64,000 nt of DNA from Octopus sinensis (Eukaryota), in NCBI RefSeq assembly GCF_006345805.1, contig NC_043015.1:36456001-36520000 (forward strand). The letters are read 5' to 3'. The translations under genes and the position numbers were made by a program. Positions 14,884 to 29,295 of the stretch are shown in pieces. Every line of letters starts with the position of its first letter. The stretch's first letter is position 1. The notes beneath the pieces are model-generated. The model made no database searches, was not told the DNA's origin, and worked only from the letters and a program-made list of their open reading frames with translations.

Positions 14884-14884
<1 letters not shown>
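14419..14884 (+). mobile_element. 5'-truncated R4/Dong-like LINE: RLE domain plus 3' UTR
   Basis: KVTILWDYGFQTEPVIEHCPPDIVMWNKRDRYCQITDVAIPNDMNVVNKEVEK (PD..D..K motif), VVIRALGSIP, and LQKAALVGTAHILRKLLSV* (stop 14788-14790); (TAA)n tail starts at 14885. Confidence 0.88.
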
Positions 14885-14952
<68 letters not shown>

Positions 14953-15021
14953 AAGAAGAAGAAGAAGAAGAAGAACAAGAACAACAACAACAACAACAAT
15001 AATAATAATAATATAATAATA

Positions 15022-15079
<58 letters not shown>

Positions 15080-15143
15080 AAGAAGAAGAAGAAGAAGAAG
15101 AACAACAACAACAACAACAACAATAATAATAATAATAATAATA

Positions 15144-15201
<58 letters not shown>
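14885..15201. repeat. Compound (AAT)n-(GAA)n-(CAA)n microsatellite, block duplicated
   Basis: The block (AAT)n G (AGA)n (ACA)n (AAT)n-ATAT occurs twice, at about 14885-15010 and 15030-15145. Confidence 0.9.
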
Positions 15202-15203
<2 letters not shown>

Positions 15204-16497
15204 ATCTTCCATTGGAAGATATAAGGAATGTGGTCTTATACATGTCATCTTGAAATCAGAGGACAGAGTGAAAGGGTAAGCCCAACTGGTGGCCAATGCA
15301 TCTACGCGTAAACCGTCGTCAGCCGCACTATTTACGAAATGAATAAGTTCAACACGCGAAGCAACGCGCCTGAGGTGATCTTTTGTTAGTCAACTTCGTA
15401 GCAGAATTTGCGTTGGTGATGGAAGGGAAAGAGGGACAGTGATAAAAGAAAGATAAAGAAGTAGAGATCGAAGAAGAAAAGAAGTTGGTGGAGAAGAGGG
15501 ATCAGGTGAAGGATGAAGCAGCGGAGGAAGGATGAGGAAAAGACGGGGAGAAAAAATGACGATGTGGGAGAGAATGAAGAAAGAGAAAGGAGCAAAAGAC
15601 GGAAAAGAAAATCCAAATGGAGGAAGAGGAGAATAAGAAGACATGCTAGATGCATAAAGAGAATAAAGGAAAGAATGTCAAGTAAAAAAAGAACGTAAAA
15701 GAAAAGGAATAAAAAGCATTAGAAGGAGAAAAAGAAAAATGAAGCAAAGTAAACAAAAATTATTAACCGTTATTTTTTATGCCTTTTTTTGTATATTTGT
15801 ATGTGAAAGTGTGTGAGCGTATGCAAGATTGCGGGTGTTTGGAGGATGTCTGTCTGCTGCCTGTCTGTCTGTGAGTCTGTGTATACTTAATTCAAGACTT
15901 AACGAATCTCAATGTGAAACTTAAAGCTATCTTATTAATTGTTGTCTTTGCTGTGATAGCAGAGAATGGGAAAAAGGTGGTTATTTACTATCATCGAGAA
16001 AACATAAAGATCTTTAACCGTTTTTCTAATGACATTTATAGCCAGGAATTTCAACTGCGATTTACACACTTTATGACACATAAATGCAGTTCTGTGTAAT
16101 TTGTAATTACCAACAGCTCGATATATATGCATATATATATATATATATATATAATATATATATATATATAATATATATATATATATATTATATATATATA
16201 TATATTATATATATATATATTATATATATATATATACATACATATATAAACAAATATATGTCTATATACATATATATATATACATACATATACATATATA
16301 CATATAGATACATATATATACGTATGAATATGTATAATATATGTATATATATGAATGTATGTATATATATATACACGTATATATATATATATATACATAA
16401 ATATATATATATACATTTATATACATAAATACATATAGTCATATGCCCACATGTGCACTCTTGAATATGCATGTATATGTGTATGAGTGTATTTGAC

Positions 16498-16792
16498 TGT
16501 GTATGTGAGTGAATGTACGAATGACTGTGTACGTGTTCACGCACATATATATTTTCTCATAGGCGCATGCAGAGACATACCCACGCTCATATGCAAAGAA
16601 AGACATGTCTATAAATGTGCGCATCTACTTATATGTATATGTCTGTGTCCGTGGCAGTGGTGTGTGTGTGTGTGTGACAGTGTGTATGTGAGTCAGTGTA
16701 CGAGTGAGTGTGCACGTGTACACGTACATATATGTTTTCTAATAGGCGCAAGGTCATATGCAAATAAAGACATGTCTATAAATGTGCGCATA
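16498..16792. repeat. Diverged local duplication (about 180-bp period)
   Basis: gtgtatgtgagt..gtacga..ttttct.ataggcgca..tcatatgcaaa.aaagacatgtctataaatgtgcgcat occurs twice. Confidence 0.8.
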
Positions 16793-17338
16793 TATCTATG
16801 TGTGTATATACATGTATCTACGAATGACTGCGTATATCCCACTGCTTGTACGCTTATGTATACGCGTGCAAATTACATCAGCACGAGCTGCTATCTTATT
16901 ATGCATGCTAGTGTGTACATTAGCGTCTATATAGATATGAGCTTGTGTATTTGCTCATGCGTGCATGGGTTATTTTCTTCGTAACTGCAAGTTAAACAAA
17001 GCTAGAGGCTTGAAAATTTTAATCTCTATTTTATTTCGGGATCTGCTATCTTGTCCCCGAATTCTTCCGAGTGTATTCCAACGTTCAGTAATGGCTTTTA
17101 TTGTATTTCGTTTTACTTTACCTGCAATAAATCTGTTGTAGTTTAATAAATTTTCCATTTAGAGTTATCTAAAATTAGTAATGTCTACGAGAAGACTACT
17201 TTTACGACTCCTACTGGAAAAGCATAGGCATTATCTGCAAAGACGCTTACGCACCTCGAAAGAAAGCAGCCACCCAGATATGTACGTATACAAACATATC
17301 TATGTATCTCTCTATCTCTCTCCTTCTCTCTCTCTCTC

Positions 17339-17369
<31 letters not shown>

Positions 17370-17382
17370 ATGTGTGTGTTTG

Positions 17383-17437
<55 letters not shown>

Positions 17438-17565
17438 ATATAAAACATTATTGGTGAATTGAAGAAATGGAGCTGAACGCAGTTTACTGCTGTGATTTTT
17501 GCTACTAAGGTATCGGTTAAACTTTTGATTAATCTACTACAAGATTATTCATCTTTCTATTTCAC

Positions 17566-17606
<41 letters not shown>

Positions 17607-18544
17607 AAGTATATATTTTATATATGTACACATATTTCTCAATACATCTATGTCCATTACATAACGCCATTCAGTGACATGCAAACAGCAGTTAACTGCT
17701 CAGAATCAGATATTGGATGGCTTAAAATATTTCAAGAAAATGCCTTTGAGAAATTAAGCTCCTTACTATAAAATACCATAAACAACAAATTGTACTCTCT
17801 CCCTGTATACGGATTAGCAATAAGGAAATGAACACCCATGGCTGGCGCTTCTTTTCATATAATAATAGTGACAATAATAATAAGAAGAAGAAGAAGAAAA
17901 AGAAGAACAACAACAGCAACAACAACAACAACAACAACAGCAGCAGCAGCACTACTATAACAACATCTTGGTTATTAAAGACAAATATTTAAACATGTAT
18001 TACATCTGAATGAGATAAAGAAATTGTAACAAGATGTATATGTTTTTCCATATAAATTTCTAAACTAGATTTTGTGAAAAATATCTTTTGTCCTGTGGCT
18101 TATGTCGAACTACAGGATATGTGATTCGACTCGACTTTAGGGAACATTAAGTAAGTGTTTTAGTGACACCCACAGTGCAAATGAATTTAGTTTATTAAAA
18201 TCCATTTGGCTTAATGTACGGAAAGTAGTCTTTATTCTTGTTAACCGGTAGTAGAGAGCCCCCCACCCCACCCACACACACACAATTACTCTATATCGGC
18301 GTATCTTGGTATGCGTTGCCGAATCCTCTCTGTTGCCACCATTGGGACCCACTTTCTTTTCTGCGCTTTTACTTGTTTCAATCATTATACTGCGTCGATA
18401 CTGAGATCCCGCCATAAAGAAATTTTTTCCGTCCAAATAATTTTGAAAACTGCAGAATAAATGATAATCAGATGGGTCAATGTCCGGCGAATATGGTTTT
18501 CCATTGAAACTGCTCCAGCCTTTGGAATGTCATCCACTCTGTAT

Positions 18545-18870
18545 ACGGTCTTAAAGAATTTTAGTCTAACGAGTCCACCCCAGTGGTTAGTTTTGTTTAG
18601 CCGGGTACTTATCAATCACTTTTGCCGATCACTGCTTTATGGGGGACGTAGACACACCAAGCGCTACTGGAGGACACACCACAGACAGAAAAACACACAC
18701 ACATATATACACATATACGCCGGGCTTCTTTCAGTTTCCGTCCACCAATTCTAATCACAAGTTTTTTTCGATCCGAGCATGCAGTGGTAGACAACTAACA
18801 CGCAGTGGGACTGAACCCGGAACCATGTGTATAGGAACGAAACTTCTTATCACTTATAGCTACGCCTGCG
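18545..18870 (-). mobile_element. tRNA-derived SINE family B (CORE-SINE-like), degraded
   Basis: Minus strand reads gcgcaggcgtagct...cacatggttccgggttcagtcccactgcgtg...ggtggacggaaactgaaagaagcccg, then a tail with cgtcccc..agcagt.atcggcaaaag. Confidence 0.75.
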
Positions 18871-20162
18871 CTTGTATGCGGGTGACGTCCATTCGAACTG
18901 CCTACCCTCGAGTGAAAACTAGAAAAAGCTTTGCACAATGGTTTTTCTACCATTTTGTGCCGATGTAGGCAGATATTTGCTTTGTGTTCACATTCTATTT
19001 TTCGCCGCTGAGCATGAGTGTATTCTTGAGAAGAATCATGACGTATGTTTGTTCAATTAAGTGAAAAAAAAATAGAAATTCGAATTTATCTTGGAAACCG
19101 TCTATCTGTATACGTATGTTTTCCTTTGCAGGTTCGAAAGCAAATGTACGCGCGCACGCGCGCACGATTTAGAGCGAAAACTTGCCATAGATACTGCTGC
19201 TCTTTTAATGACTCAGTCACTTACACAAAATAAAAAAATAAAAAGAACAAATATAACAAAAATCCAATATTTATATGGTCTTCCATATAAGTTTCCCCGT
19301 TTTTTTTTATTGCAAAATAAATATATACCAAATAGTTTTTGTTTCCGGATATCGACTAAGAGATAAAAAGAATCACTTAGAATGTTGTGGAACTGGATAA
19401 TAATGATATTAATTTTGAAAAACAGTGATTAATATTGACAAAAACTTGTAATATTATGGTAATTTCAATATAAACACCTGACAATAAATACGCACGTTTA
19501 TGTTTATATATATATATATATATATACATATAAATAAATGCGTACACATATGTATATGTATTTGGTTATGTTATGGACAATTTGTATAAATTTAATAGAA
19601 GTTCATGTTTCTCTCAACTGAGTTTACCATTTGTGATGCAAAAGGTTTCACGTTTCTTTCAAAAATTTGTAAGTGTGAAGATAGAAGCCAGTGAAAAATT
19701 CAATGAGAATGAAACACTGTTGCTCTGAGTATTGAGTACATTTTAATGTAATTTTTATGTGAAAATTACATATGTATAAAAACTTGCTTTGAAATGCATG
19801 CGTGGCGTTCAATCATATAATAATATATATATGCATATATGCATACGTAAATGTACATATATATATACGTATATATATATGTATATATATATATATATAT
19901 ATACGTTACCAATTTTGACCCTCCTCAAAATTCCAATTTTATTTAATTTGCTTTGCGGCAGCAGTTGTTTTATCGAAGGCGTATCTTGTGGAGAATTGCT
20001 CACAATACGGATTAGAAAAACAGCCGACAACTTATGAAGAGTCGCTGCTTATGTTGCTTGCCCTGTTTTCCATTTCTTTCTTTCATTGTTTGCAAAACAG
20101 TTCATATTCCATGTTTTCGTACTTTATGTTGATTACGTTCTGCGCCGTCCTGTGCCTACATA

Positions 20163-20208
<46 letters not shown>

Positions 20209-21094
20209 AATATGTACATATACGTATGTATATATGCATATATATTATTTATATTATTACATTTATAATAATAATTATATATATATATATATATATATTT
20301 ATCGGGGCAAGTCGTATTTAGCTAGTTCATTGAATTGTAATAGGCCGTGCAATAGACTCACAAGAGAATCTCTTCACCTATATATGGATTTTTTGCTTTG
20401 AAGTGACTCATTACATGGTAGAGTAGGAGGTGTGTACCTCTTTGTCGCTCGGCTTCGTTATGTTTGGAATCTCCATCGGTCACTCACATCCCATTAAGTA
20501 TCAAGTTGCACCGATGAAAACATCAGACCGTATATCAGCAGGTGCACGAGCGGCATGATCAGGATTGCATTAAATATTGACGGTTGGAATAAACAGGTTC
20601 GAATGACACATATTCGTGTAAAGTTCTAGTTTTATATGTTCCACTTAAATCGGACGTGATAAAGCATAACGCTGCAAAAACGGTAAGGAATTCACACTTT
20701 AACATGTGCTTATTTGTAAACACTTTCACACACATACAAATACACAACAGGCACATTCACAAACTCAGGCAGAGACACGCACAAACAAATATGTGTGTGT
20801 ATGAATGGGTTTTGTGTGTGTGTGTGTGTTTGTGTGGTGTGTTATGAATAGTGGCTGTTTACTTAATAGTCTTGCAGATGATTGCTTCTCAAAAATCATA
20901 AGCACACAAACATACGCAAACACACTCATAGAATTACACATTCACACATGCGGACACATATATATATATACACACACAATCACATATAGGGATGTGTACA
21001 CACGTCTATCTGTACACATGAGTGAATATGCATGTATGTATGAATGTATCTGTGCATTATAATCTTTCTCTCTCTCTCTCTACACACACTAGAT

Positions 21095-21179
<85 letters not shown>

Positions 21180-21889
21180 ATATCCATATATATACATATA
21201 TATACATAGAGATCTACATGCATACGCGTATATCTATGACAAAAACGGATAAATACATAAATATATATACACACACACGCACACACACACATATATATTT
21301 ATGTTGTATATATATATATATACATACATATATGTGTGTGTGTGTGTGTGTGTGCATGCATGCGTATATGTATTTATATATATATATATATATATATATA
21401 CACTTACCCGTTATCCATCCCGATATATTTACGTAATTTAACAATTTCTATAATGAAAGAATGTAGCTTTGAACATTTATCAATAATTTACCCCCAATGT
21501 AGTTAATTCAATAATAAAGCTTTGCAATACACCTAATCGATTGTCAAGTGAAATGAAAGATATTGATTTTTTTTTTCTCTACCATAGCAACAAAGACAAA
21601 ATACAACCAGTTTTACACTCTTAACTATTACACTGTAATTTTCCGTTAGTAGCAATTTTTTTTTGATATTTTATTTATTCTACTTTATATTTTATATGTA
21701 TATTTTTGAAAATGGCAAGAATTATTAATTTCTTTTTGTTTTCTTCTTTTTAGTGGAAATAATTTTGATGTTCCTTCGTTCGTCTCATCTTTTTAAATTC
21801 TTTTGTTCTTTTATACTGTTGATCTTTCTTGTCACTGTTGTCTCTACTTTGCATTATGCATTGATTATTATTATTATTATTATTATTAT

Positions 21890-21935
<46 letters not shown>

Positions 21936-22166
21936 TGTTGTTGTTGTTGAAGTAGTATCATCATTGCGTTTCTTGTTGTTGTTGTGGTCATCGTTGTTAT
22001 TATCATATTATTATTTCTATTATTTTGTTATTGTATTATTTAGGCTTTAGTGACTGTTGCTGTTTCCCTTCGCGCTGTTGTTGTTACTGTTGTTGTTGTT
22101 GTTGTTATGTTGATATCTCCATGGTTGGTATACATATATTCGTCAGACTATTGTCAGCGGCATAAA

Positions 22167-22198
<32 letters not shown>

Positions 22199-23065
22199 TA
22201 CACACACACATGCACGCGCTCACACACTCGCATATACACTTGTTCGCGCGCATACTCACATACCCATGCACGTGATCACAGATACAGAGACAAGCTTACA
22301 CAGAAGGGCACACACACATATGCATATATATTACAAGCTCATACATGTAGATTTACAGTTAATTCCTATATATGTATACACATACCATATGTGCGTGTAT
22401 GTATATATATTATGTACATATATATAGATATGAATATGATATACATATATATGTATGTATATATCTGCACATAGATATATGTATCTATTTATTTGTATGT
22501 ATGCATGTATAATGTATATAGACAACGCAACACACCAGACGCTGTTTTCTGTAAAAGTACGAAATATTTCTCACTTCTAGATTGTTATGTAGACCTTCGT
22601 TTACACTCACCTCCATACACTCGTTCACACGTACATACACACACACACACACACACATACACATACATAACTTCACATAAATTCCACAGACGCAAAGCAA
22701 AAACGAAAATAAGTTGTCTGTGTATCACGTGATGTTTACCTTCAGTAAAATTATAAACCGAAACCTCTTTTTAGAAAAAATATATTCAAAGGCGTAATGG
22801 AACTTAATAATTCTTCATTCACAATAACGAAAACAATATTAACTTTACAGAACAATTAACGACAACATTGAAAACGAGGAAATGTGAGCTACAACACAGA
22901 AAAGGGAGAAAACCGTAGACGCTAAAATATCGATCGTTCCTAAATGTACCAAACAGTCAATTTCGGCAAACTGCATGAAATACACGAGTTTGTCGTCAAC
23001 GTCGATACTTGCATACGATCCCTACGTCACTGTCTGGAGGTAGCATAGTCTTAGCAAAGATGACT

Positions 23066-23172
23066 GCGAGCCAGGAGAATCGATAAGACGTCTGGCCAAA
23101 TGCTTAGCGGAATTTCTTCTGGTTCTTTAGTTTCTGAGTTCATATACTCCAAGGTCAACTTTGCCTTTTATT
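23066..23172 (+). mobile_element. SINE family A 5' part, truncated at the mariner
   Basis: gcgagccaggagaatcg..aaatgcttagcgg..tctgagttca..ggtcaactttgcctttta. Confidence 0.7.
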
Positions 23173-23206
23173 CTTGTTAATTTTTGTTTATTTTCAGATC
23201 ATTAAA

Positions 23207-24307
23207 ATGGAATGTCAAGTTAAGAAAATCGAACATTTTCGACGCCTCCTTCTTTTTTCTTTTAAGGTTCTAAGGCCACAGAAGTTGCTCACGACATTTG
23301 TGCGGTGTATGGAGAGGGTGCCATAGCTGAAAGTACTGCTCGTGATTGGTATGTCAAGTTCAAACATGGAAATTTTGACCTGAATGATGCACTTCATTCT
23401 GGCCGTCCAGTTGAGTTCGAGGAAGATAGATTAAACCAAATATTTCTCGTCAAACGACAACGGAACTGGCAGAGAAAATGGAATGCTCACTCACTGCTAT
23501 ACAGAAGCATCTTCACTCGATAGAAAAGGTTCAGAAGTATGGAGCATGGGTTCCGCATGCTCTAAGTGACAACAACAAAAACCAACGAGCCACATCTCTG
23601 CTGGTTCGCTTGTTCGCCATAGTTCAACTAATGGACACAAGCAACGGTTTTGTTTCTTAACGAATCGTTACTGGCGACGAAAAATATTGCCTGAGCCATA
23701 ATATGTAATGGTTTAGCCCCGGTAAACAAGCGACACCCCGCCTAAAACAAGGTCTTCGATCTCCGTAAAACGTTTTTGTGCCTATGGTGAGACTGGGAAG
23801 GGATTATCCATTAAGAATTGCTTGAACGGAACCAAACGGTCAACACGGAAACTCTATGTTCAACAGATGGAACGACTCAACACGGCTATTCAAGAGAAAA
23901 GACCTAATCGGTAGCATGGAGTTCTTCTGCTGAACGACAACGCCCGTCCTCACATAGCCAATATGACCAAGGAAGACATTCAAACGCATGGCTGGGAAGT
24001 GCTTCCACACCTGCCGTACTCTCCTGATTTGGTACCAACCGATTTCCACCTCTTTTGATCTCTTTCAAATGCTATGCGCGGAGTTTCGTTCAATACTGAT
24101 GCAGAATTGAGAGCTTGGTTGGATCAACTTTTCGAGTCGACACCGGGTGATTTCTACCAACGAGGTGTTGAAAATCTTGTTGAACGTTGGGAAGAAGTTG
24201 TAAACAACAAGAGTGAATACGTTATTGATTAAGTAGTTGCTATTTTTTTTATTACATTTTTGTTAAAATTTGAATTTTAAAAAAAACAGCAAGTTGCCAA
24301 TCCAATA
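23207..24307 (+). mobile_element. Decayed mariner transposon (mellifera-like): transposase pseudogene 23207-24232 plus right TIR
   Basis: MECQVKKIEHFRRLLLF, VYGEGAIAESTARDWYVKFKHGNFDLNDALHSGRP, YGAWVPHAL, IVTGDEK, LLNDNARPH, HLPYSPDLVPTDFHLF and ERWEEVVNNKSEYVID*, with several stops and frameshifts. The right end AGTTGCCAATCCAA-TA resembles mellifera TIRs. Confidence 0.92.
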
Positions 24308-24801
24308 TGTGCAACTGTGACGATAAAGCAGAGTAAAAAAAAAACTCACTGCACTTCTAGGGGAAATGGATGGACTCATTGAAATTGGAAAATGTTTGAT
24401 TTGATAAACTCTGATGTGTCTCTGATGTTTTGCAAACGTGTCAAAAAGAACCAAAAGATTTTATACAGAAACTGGGGTTCATTATTTTAGTTGTACCAGA
24501 GAAAATATGTAAAATAGATGAAAGAATAAGGTTTGTTAAAGATATTGCGGTTACCATTAAAGTCTGATTCTTCAGTACTAAATAAATGTCGATGGGTATT
24601 CACTTTGATTTAATTTCCAAATTGAAGAAATGAAATTAAAACTTTAATTAGTTTCTCAGTTTCTTCATATCAGTCCGAGGTCTCCACTTTATTTATGAGA
24701 CCAACACGCGAATATATGAGTGAAACACATAAAACAGGGTATTACATTATACAAAAATTTTACAGATATGTAAGTAGAGAGTGAATCAGAGAGAGGTGTA
24801 T

Positions 24802-24832
<31 letters not shown>

Positions 24833-24952
24833 GATATATGTGTGCGTGTATGTATATGGCGTGCACCAATATTTGGTCGAAACATATGTCTATACACACA
24901 AACACACACACACACACATATATATATATACATATATATGTAAATATATGGG

Positions 24953-24995
<43 letters not shown>

Positions 24996-25515
24996 ATGTA
25001 CATGTAAATGTTAATGCATATATGCATATGTATATATATATATATATGTGTGTATATATATATAACATATATATGTAATATAATATATTTGTATGTATAC
25101 ACACACACACACACATATATATATATAGATATATATACATGTATGTATATGTATCGATATGTATGTATTTGTATAAATATATATATATATGCATGTATTT
25201 GTATATCTATGTATATGTGTGTGTATGTTTGTGTGTGTGTATCAGTTGAATGTGAGAAAAAGAGAGAAAGGTAGAAAGAGAGAGAGAGAGAAAAAGAAAG
25301 TGATAGATAGATGGAAAGAGAGAGAGAGATAGAATAAAATAATATTCAAGCAATGCCTCTCGCCTCCCCCCCCCCGTATAAAACGATATAACTTGGGGCA
25401 ATTTCACATCTAAATGTAGCGACAACCAGAGTCAAATTTATCGCGTTTCCTGTTATGGTAACGGACAGATGATCATAGCTGAGAGGCAACTCGATCGAAA
25501 CATTGTAAATAACCA

Positions 25516-25831
25516 GAAGAACGATAACTGTAACAACAATAACAACAACAATAATAATAATGATAATAATGATAATAATAATAATAATAACAATAATAAT
25601 AATGATAACAATAATAATAATAATGATAATGATAATAATAATAATAAATAATAATAATAATAACAATAACAATAATAATAATTATAATAACAACAACAAT
25701 AATAATAATAACAATAATAATAATAAAATAAAAATAATAATAATAATAATAATAACAATAATAATAATAACAACAACAACAACAATAATAATAATAATAA
25801 TGATAATAATAATAACAATAATAACAACAAC

Positions 25832-25902
<71 letters not shown>

Positions 25903-25921
25903 TAATAATAATAATAAATAA
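25516..25921. repeat. About 400-bp interrupted (AAT/AAC/GAT)n microsatellite
   Basis: Direct reading; explains the poly-N/I/L/Y ORFs. Confidence 0.95.
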
Positions 25922-26025
25922 TGTCCCCCATAATAACAATATACGATTTTTTGCTAGGAAAACGATAGTAAATAAATGTTGATATAAGTTTATCTCTCTG
26001 TCACCCACCTCTCTCTCCCCTAAGC

Positions 26026-26059
<34 letters not shown>

Positions 26060-26146
26060 TCCTCTCTTTCTCCTTCTCTCTCTCTCTCTATATATATATA
26101 TATTATATATATATATATATATGTATATAATATATACATGTGTGTG

Positions 26147-26215
<69 letters not shown>

Positions 26216-26818
26216 TATAGATGGATAGATAGATAGATGGATAGATAGATAGATATACATATATATTGATATATCACTGCTAATTTGTATTACTGTTCTG
26301 TTGAATTAGATTTTCATATATTTCTGATTCTGGGCATGCTAAAGGCTGATCACGTGTTTCCGATTACACTCTCTCTTCCTCCATTTGATTTGTTTGTATT
26401 TCACACTCTTTTATTGTTTGTTTCACTGGAGTTTTCTTTGCTGTTGTTGTTGTCATTCTTGTTGTTGTTGTTTTTTTTCCTGTGTTCCCATTAAATTGTT
26501 TAAAATAAATTTCATTCGGTTTGATAGTTTATTACCTCAGGTAATATTTTATTTCTAACAATTAGTTTATTTATACATTATATCTAGATTATTTCATCGG
26601 TTAATGTTGAAGTAATAATTTTAAAGCAATAATAAATAGATATTTTCGAAATCGGTAGCGAATTCTCTTTCACTATTTCAGTATAAATGATACAGTTCAT
26701 GTTGCAGTAGCAAAATTAATACGATGTTAGGATTTTATTGTGTCTCTTTTTTATTTTATTATGTTTTGCGAGGTTTCTACTGCCGCAATGTGTTTTAATA
26801 TTCATTGCCTCATGCCAA

Positions 26819-27040
26819 GACGGCGAGCTGGCAGAATCGTTAGCACGCCGGGCGAAATGCTTGGTGACATTCCGTCTGTCTTTACTTTCTGAGTTCAAAT
26901 TGCACCGAGGTCGACTTTACCTTTCATCATTTCGGGGTCGATAAAATACGTACCCGTTGACATCTGAGGTTGATGTAATCAACTTAACTTCACCTCCAAA
27001 CTTGCCGGCCCTGTTCCAAAATTTGAAACCGATATTATTA
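26819..27040 (+). mobile_element. tRNA-derived SINE family A, well preserved (Meta/MESC-like central domain)
   Basis: A-box TGGCAGAATCG, B-box GAGTTCAAAT, central CTTTCATC..TTCGGGGTCGATAAA..TACC domain and ATT tail. Domain name is from recall. Confidence 0.85.
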
Positions 27041-28271
27041 CTGACGTCGAGGCAGAGTCCTCGTTCAATCGCTATCATTACGGGCAAAATCCTTAGCGAC
27101 ATTTAGGCCGTCTTTTCGTCCTTTCGGGGTCGTCAAAATAAATAACAGTTGAAACTGGAGTCGATGTAATCAAGTAAACCCTCCCTCAAAACTGCTGGCA
27201 TTGTGACAAAATTTGAAAGGTTGTATTATTTCATTATGCCTTCGCTGTTAATTTGATATGTTTCATCACAAAAGGACACGTTGGACTGGATAAACCTTGT
27301 TATATTGTGAATGTAATGAATATCGACGTTATGGTCATGTTAAGAACGCATTTCAGTAAATTTCTCTATTTCTGCTCTATATCAGTGTTGAGGTAAATTT
27401 AAGTTATCATAACAAAAAGAGCAATAACGTGAACAGCGACTATTTTTATGAATTCTAATCTATTAATCTTAAGAACAAGAAGAATGCATTGGATAACACA
27501 GTCCTAGATATACTGAGTTCAAATTAAAAACGAACGGTCTCGGTTCTTCTTCATAGACCTAGTGTAATAAGGATATCTTGAGGTTAACCTTCATACGAAC
27601 GTTATAGCTATGAGAACAATTTTCCAGTGAGAAACTTCAGCTAGATCACCGTCGTACAACATCCGACCATTTCAAAAGTGCGGGGTATACATTATCCTTC
27701 TATAATAACCTTCTATTGCAGATATAGTGCATAAGGTGTACCCTCCTTCTACGTTGTGAACTCTCTATCAGTAAAGACATCATTCGTGGCGAGCTTGATT
27801 AAATATTTGGGCGACGGAGAAAATGCTTTGTGGAATGACTTCCGGTAATCTTTGTTCTGGTTTCAAAACTAATTCATCTTTGCTTTTCACCCTTCCGTGG
27901 TCAATAAAATAAAATATCAATGGAACACTGGCGCCGATAGTATCTGGACTTGCGCATTAATGAGGAAAAAAAAAAGACTGGAAATCTTCAATTCAGACGT
28001 TAGAGGGCGGTGGATTGACAAAAGCATTAGGGAGACGGGATACGATTTGTGTTAGAAATCTTCAGAAGTCAAAATTGCCTGTCACCCGCCCCATTCCGGG
28101 ATCGATGATACAAGTACTTATCAAGCACTGGGTTGAGTGTTGTTGAATAACTCTCGTATTTCACAAAACCTCGCCTGACGTATAAATCAGAAAGGAAAAA
28201 AAATGCATGAATATTTTAGAAGTTTCCTGGTAATTTGAGTATTACGTGGAAATATCTGAGTAAATTATGTC

Positions 28272-28317
<46 letters not shown>

Positions 28318-28705
28318 TACAGACAGACAGACAGAGAGACCGAGAGACAGAGAGACAGAGAGAGAGAGAGAGAGGGAGAGAGAGAATGTAGGACTAGATG
28401 TGAAATGTCTACACATAAGATGAGATGGTCATTATTGTAGAGCAGTTGAGCATATTTTCTGTCTTATTATTATGACCTGAGGTTAAACAAGATCAACCAA
28501 GTACTTAAAGGTACGCCGACACATACAATGCCATTAGATTCCTTGTTTTGACTCACCGGAAGTTAATTCCTTCGTTTCCAATCTGACGGCACAATTAACT
28601 TCCATTGACATTTTTTTTTTAAATTGGAAACAAATTATTCGAAGAATGAAAGTGGAATCGAATAGATTCACGAAATTTATTGCTGCTCACAACAATCACC
28701 GTTCG

Positions 28706-28776
<71 letters not shown>

Positions 28777-29034
28777 CACACACACATACACTAACACACA
28801 CACACAAACGTAGCGAGAGTGTTTGTGCGTATTAGCTTTTTGTGATTGCCACACAATGTATGAAAGCTTACCGGCAAAAAAACCTGGCCACGGTCCAGTT
28901 TGAGATAATAATCAAGTATAAAAATATAAATACTTAGTTATATGACTTATATATTGTCCCATTCAGTGTTGCGTATCATATGTTAAGGTCTGTGTATTTA
29001 TCCTTGTCTATGTTATATTACAGCCTATCAACTT

Positions 29035-29295
29035 AAGCGGCGTTCTGGCAGAATCGGTAGCGCGCTAGGCGAAAATGCTTAACAATATATCGCCTGTTCT
29101 GAGTTCAAATTCCGCCGAGGTTCACTTTGCCTTTTTATCCTTTCGTGGTCGATTAAATAAATACCAGTTACGCACTTTGCCTTTTTATCCTTTCGTGGTC
29201 GATTAAATAAATAACAGTTACGCACTGGGGTCGATGTAATCGACTTAATCCCCTCCCCCATGCTGCTCTTGTGGCAAAAATGTGAAATTATTATA
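29035..29295 (+). mobile_element. SINE family A with internal 50-bp tandem duplication
   Basis: Same head as 26819; 29123-29172 is repeated at 29173-29222 with one mismatch. Confidence 0.88.
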
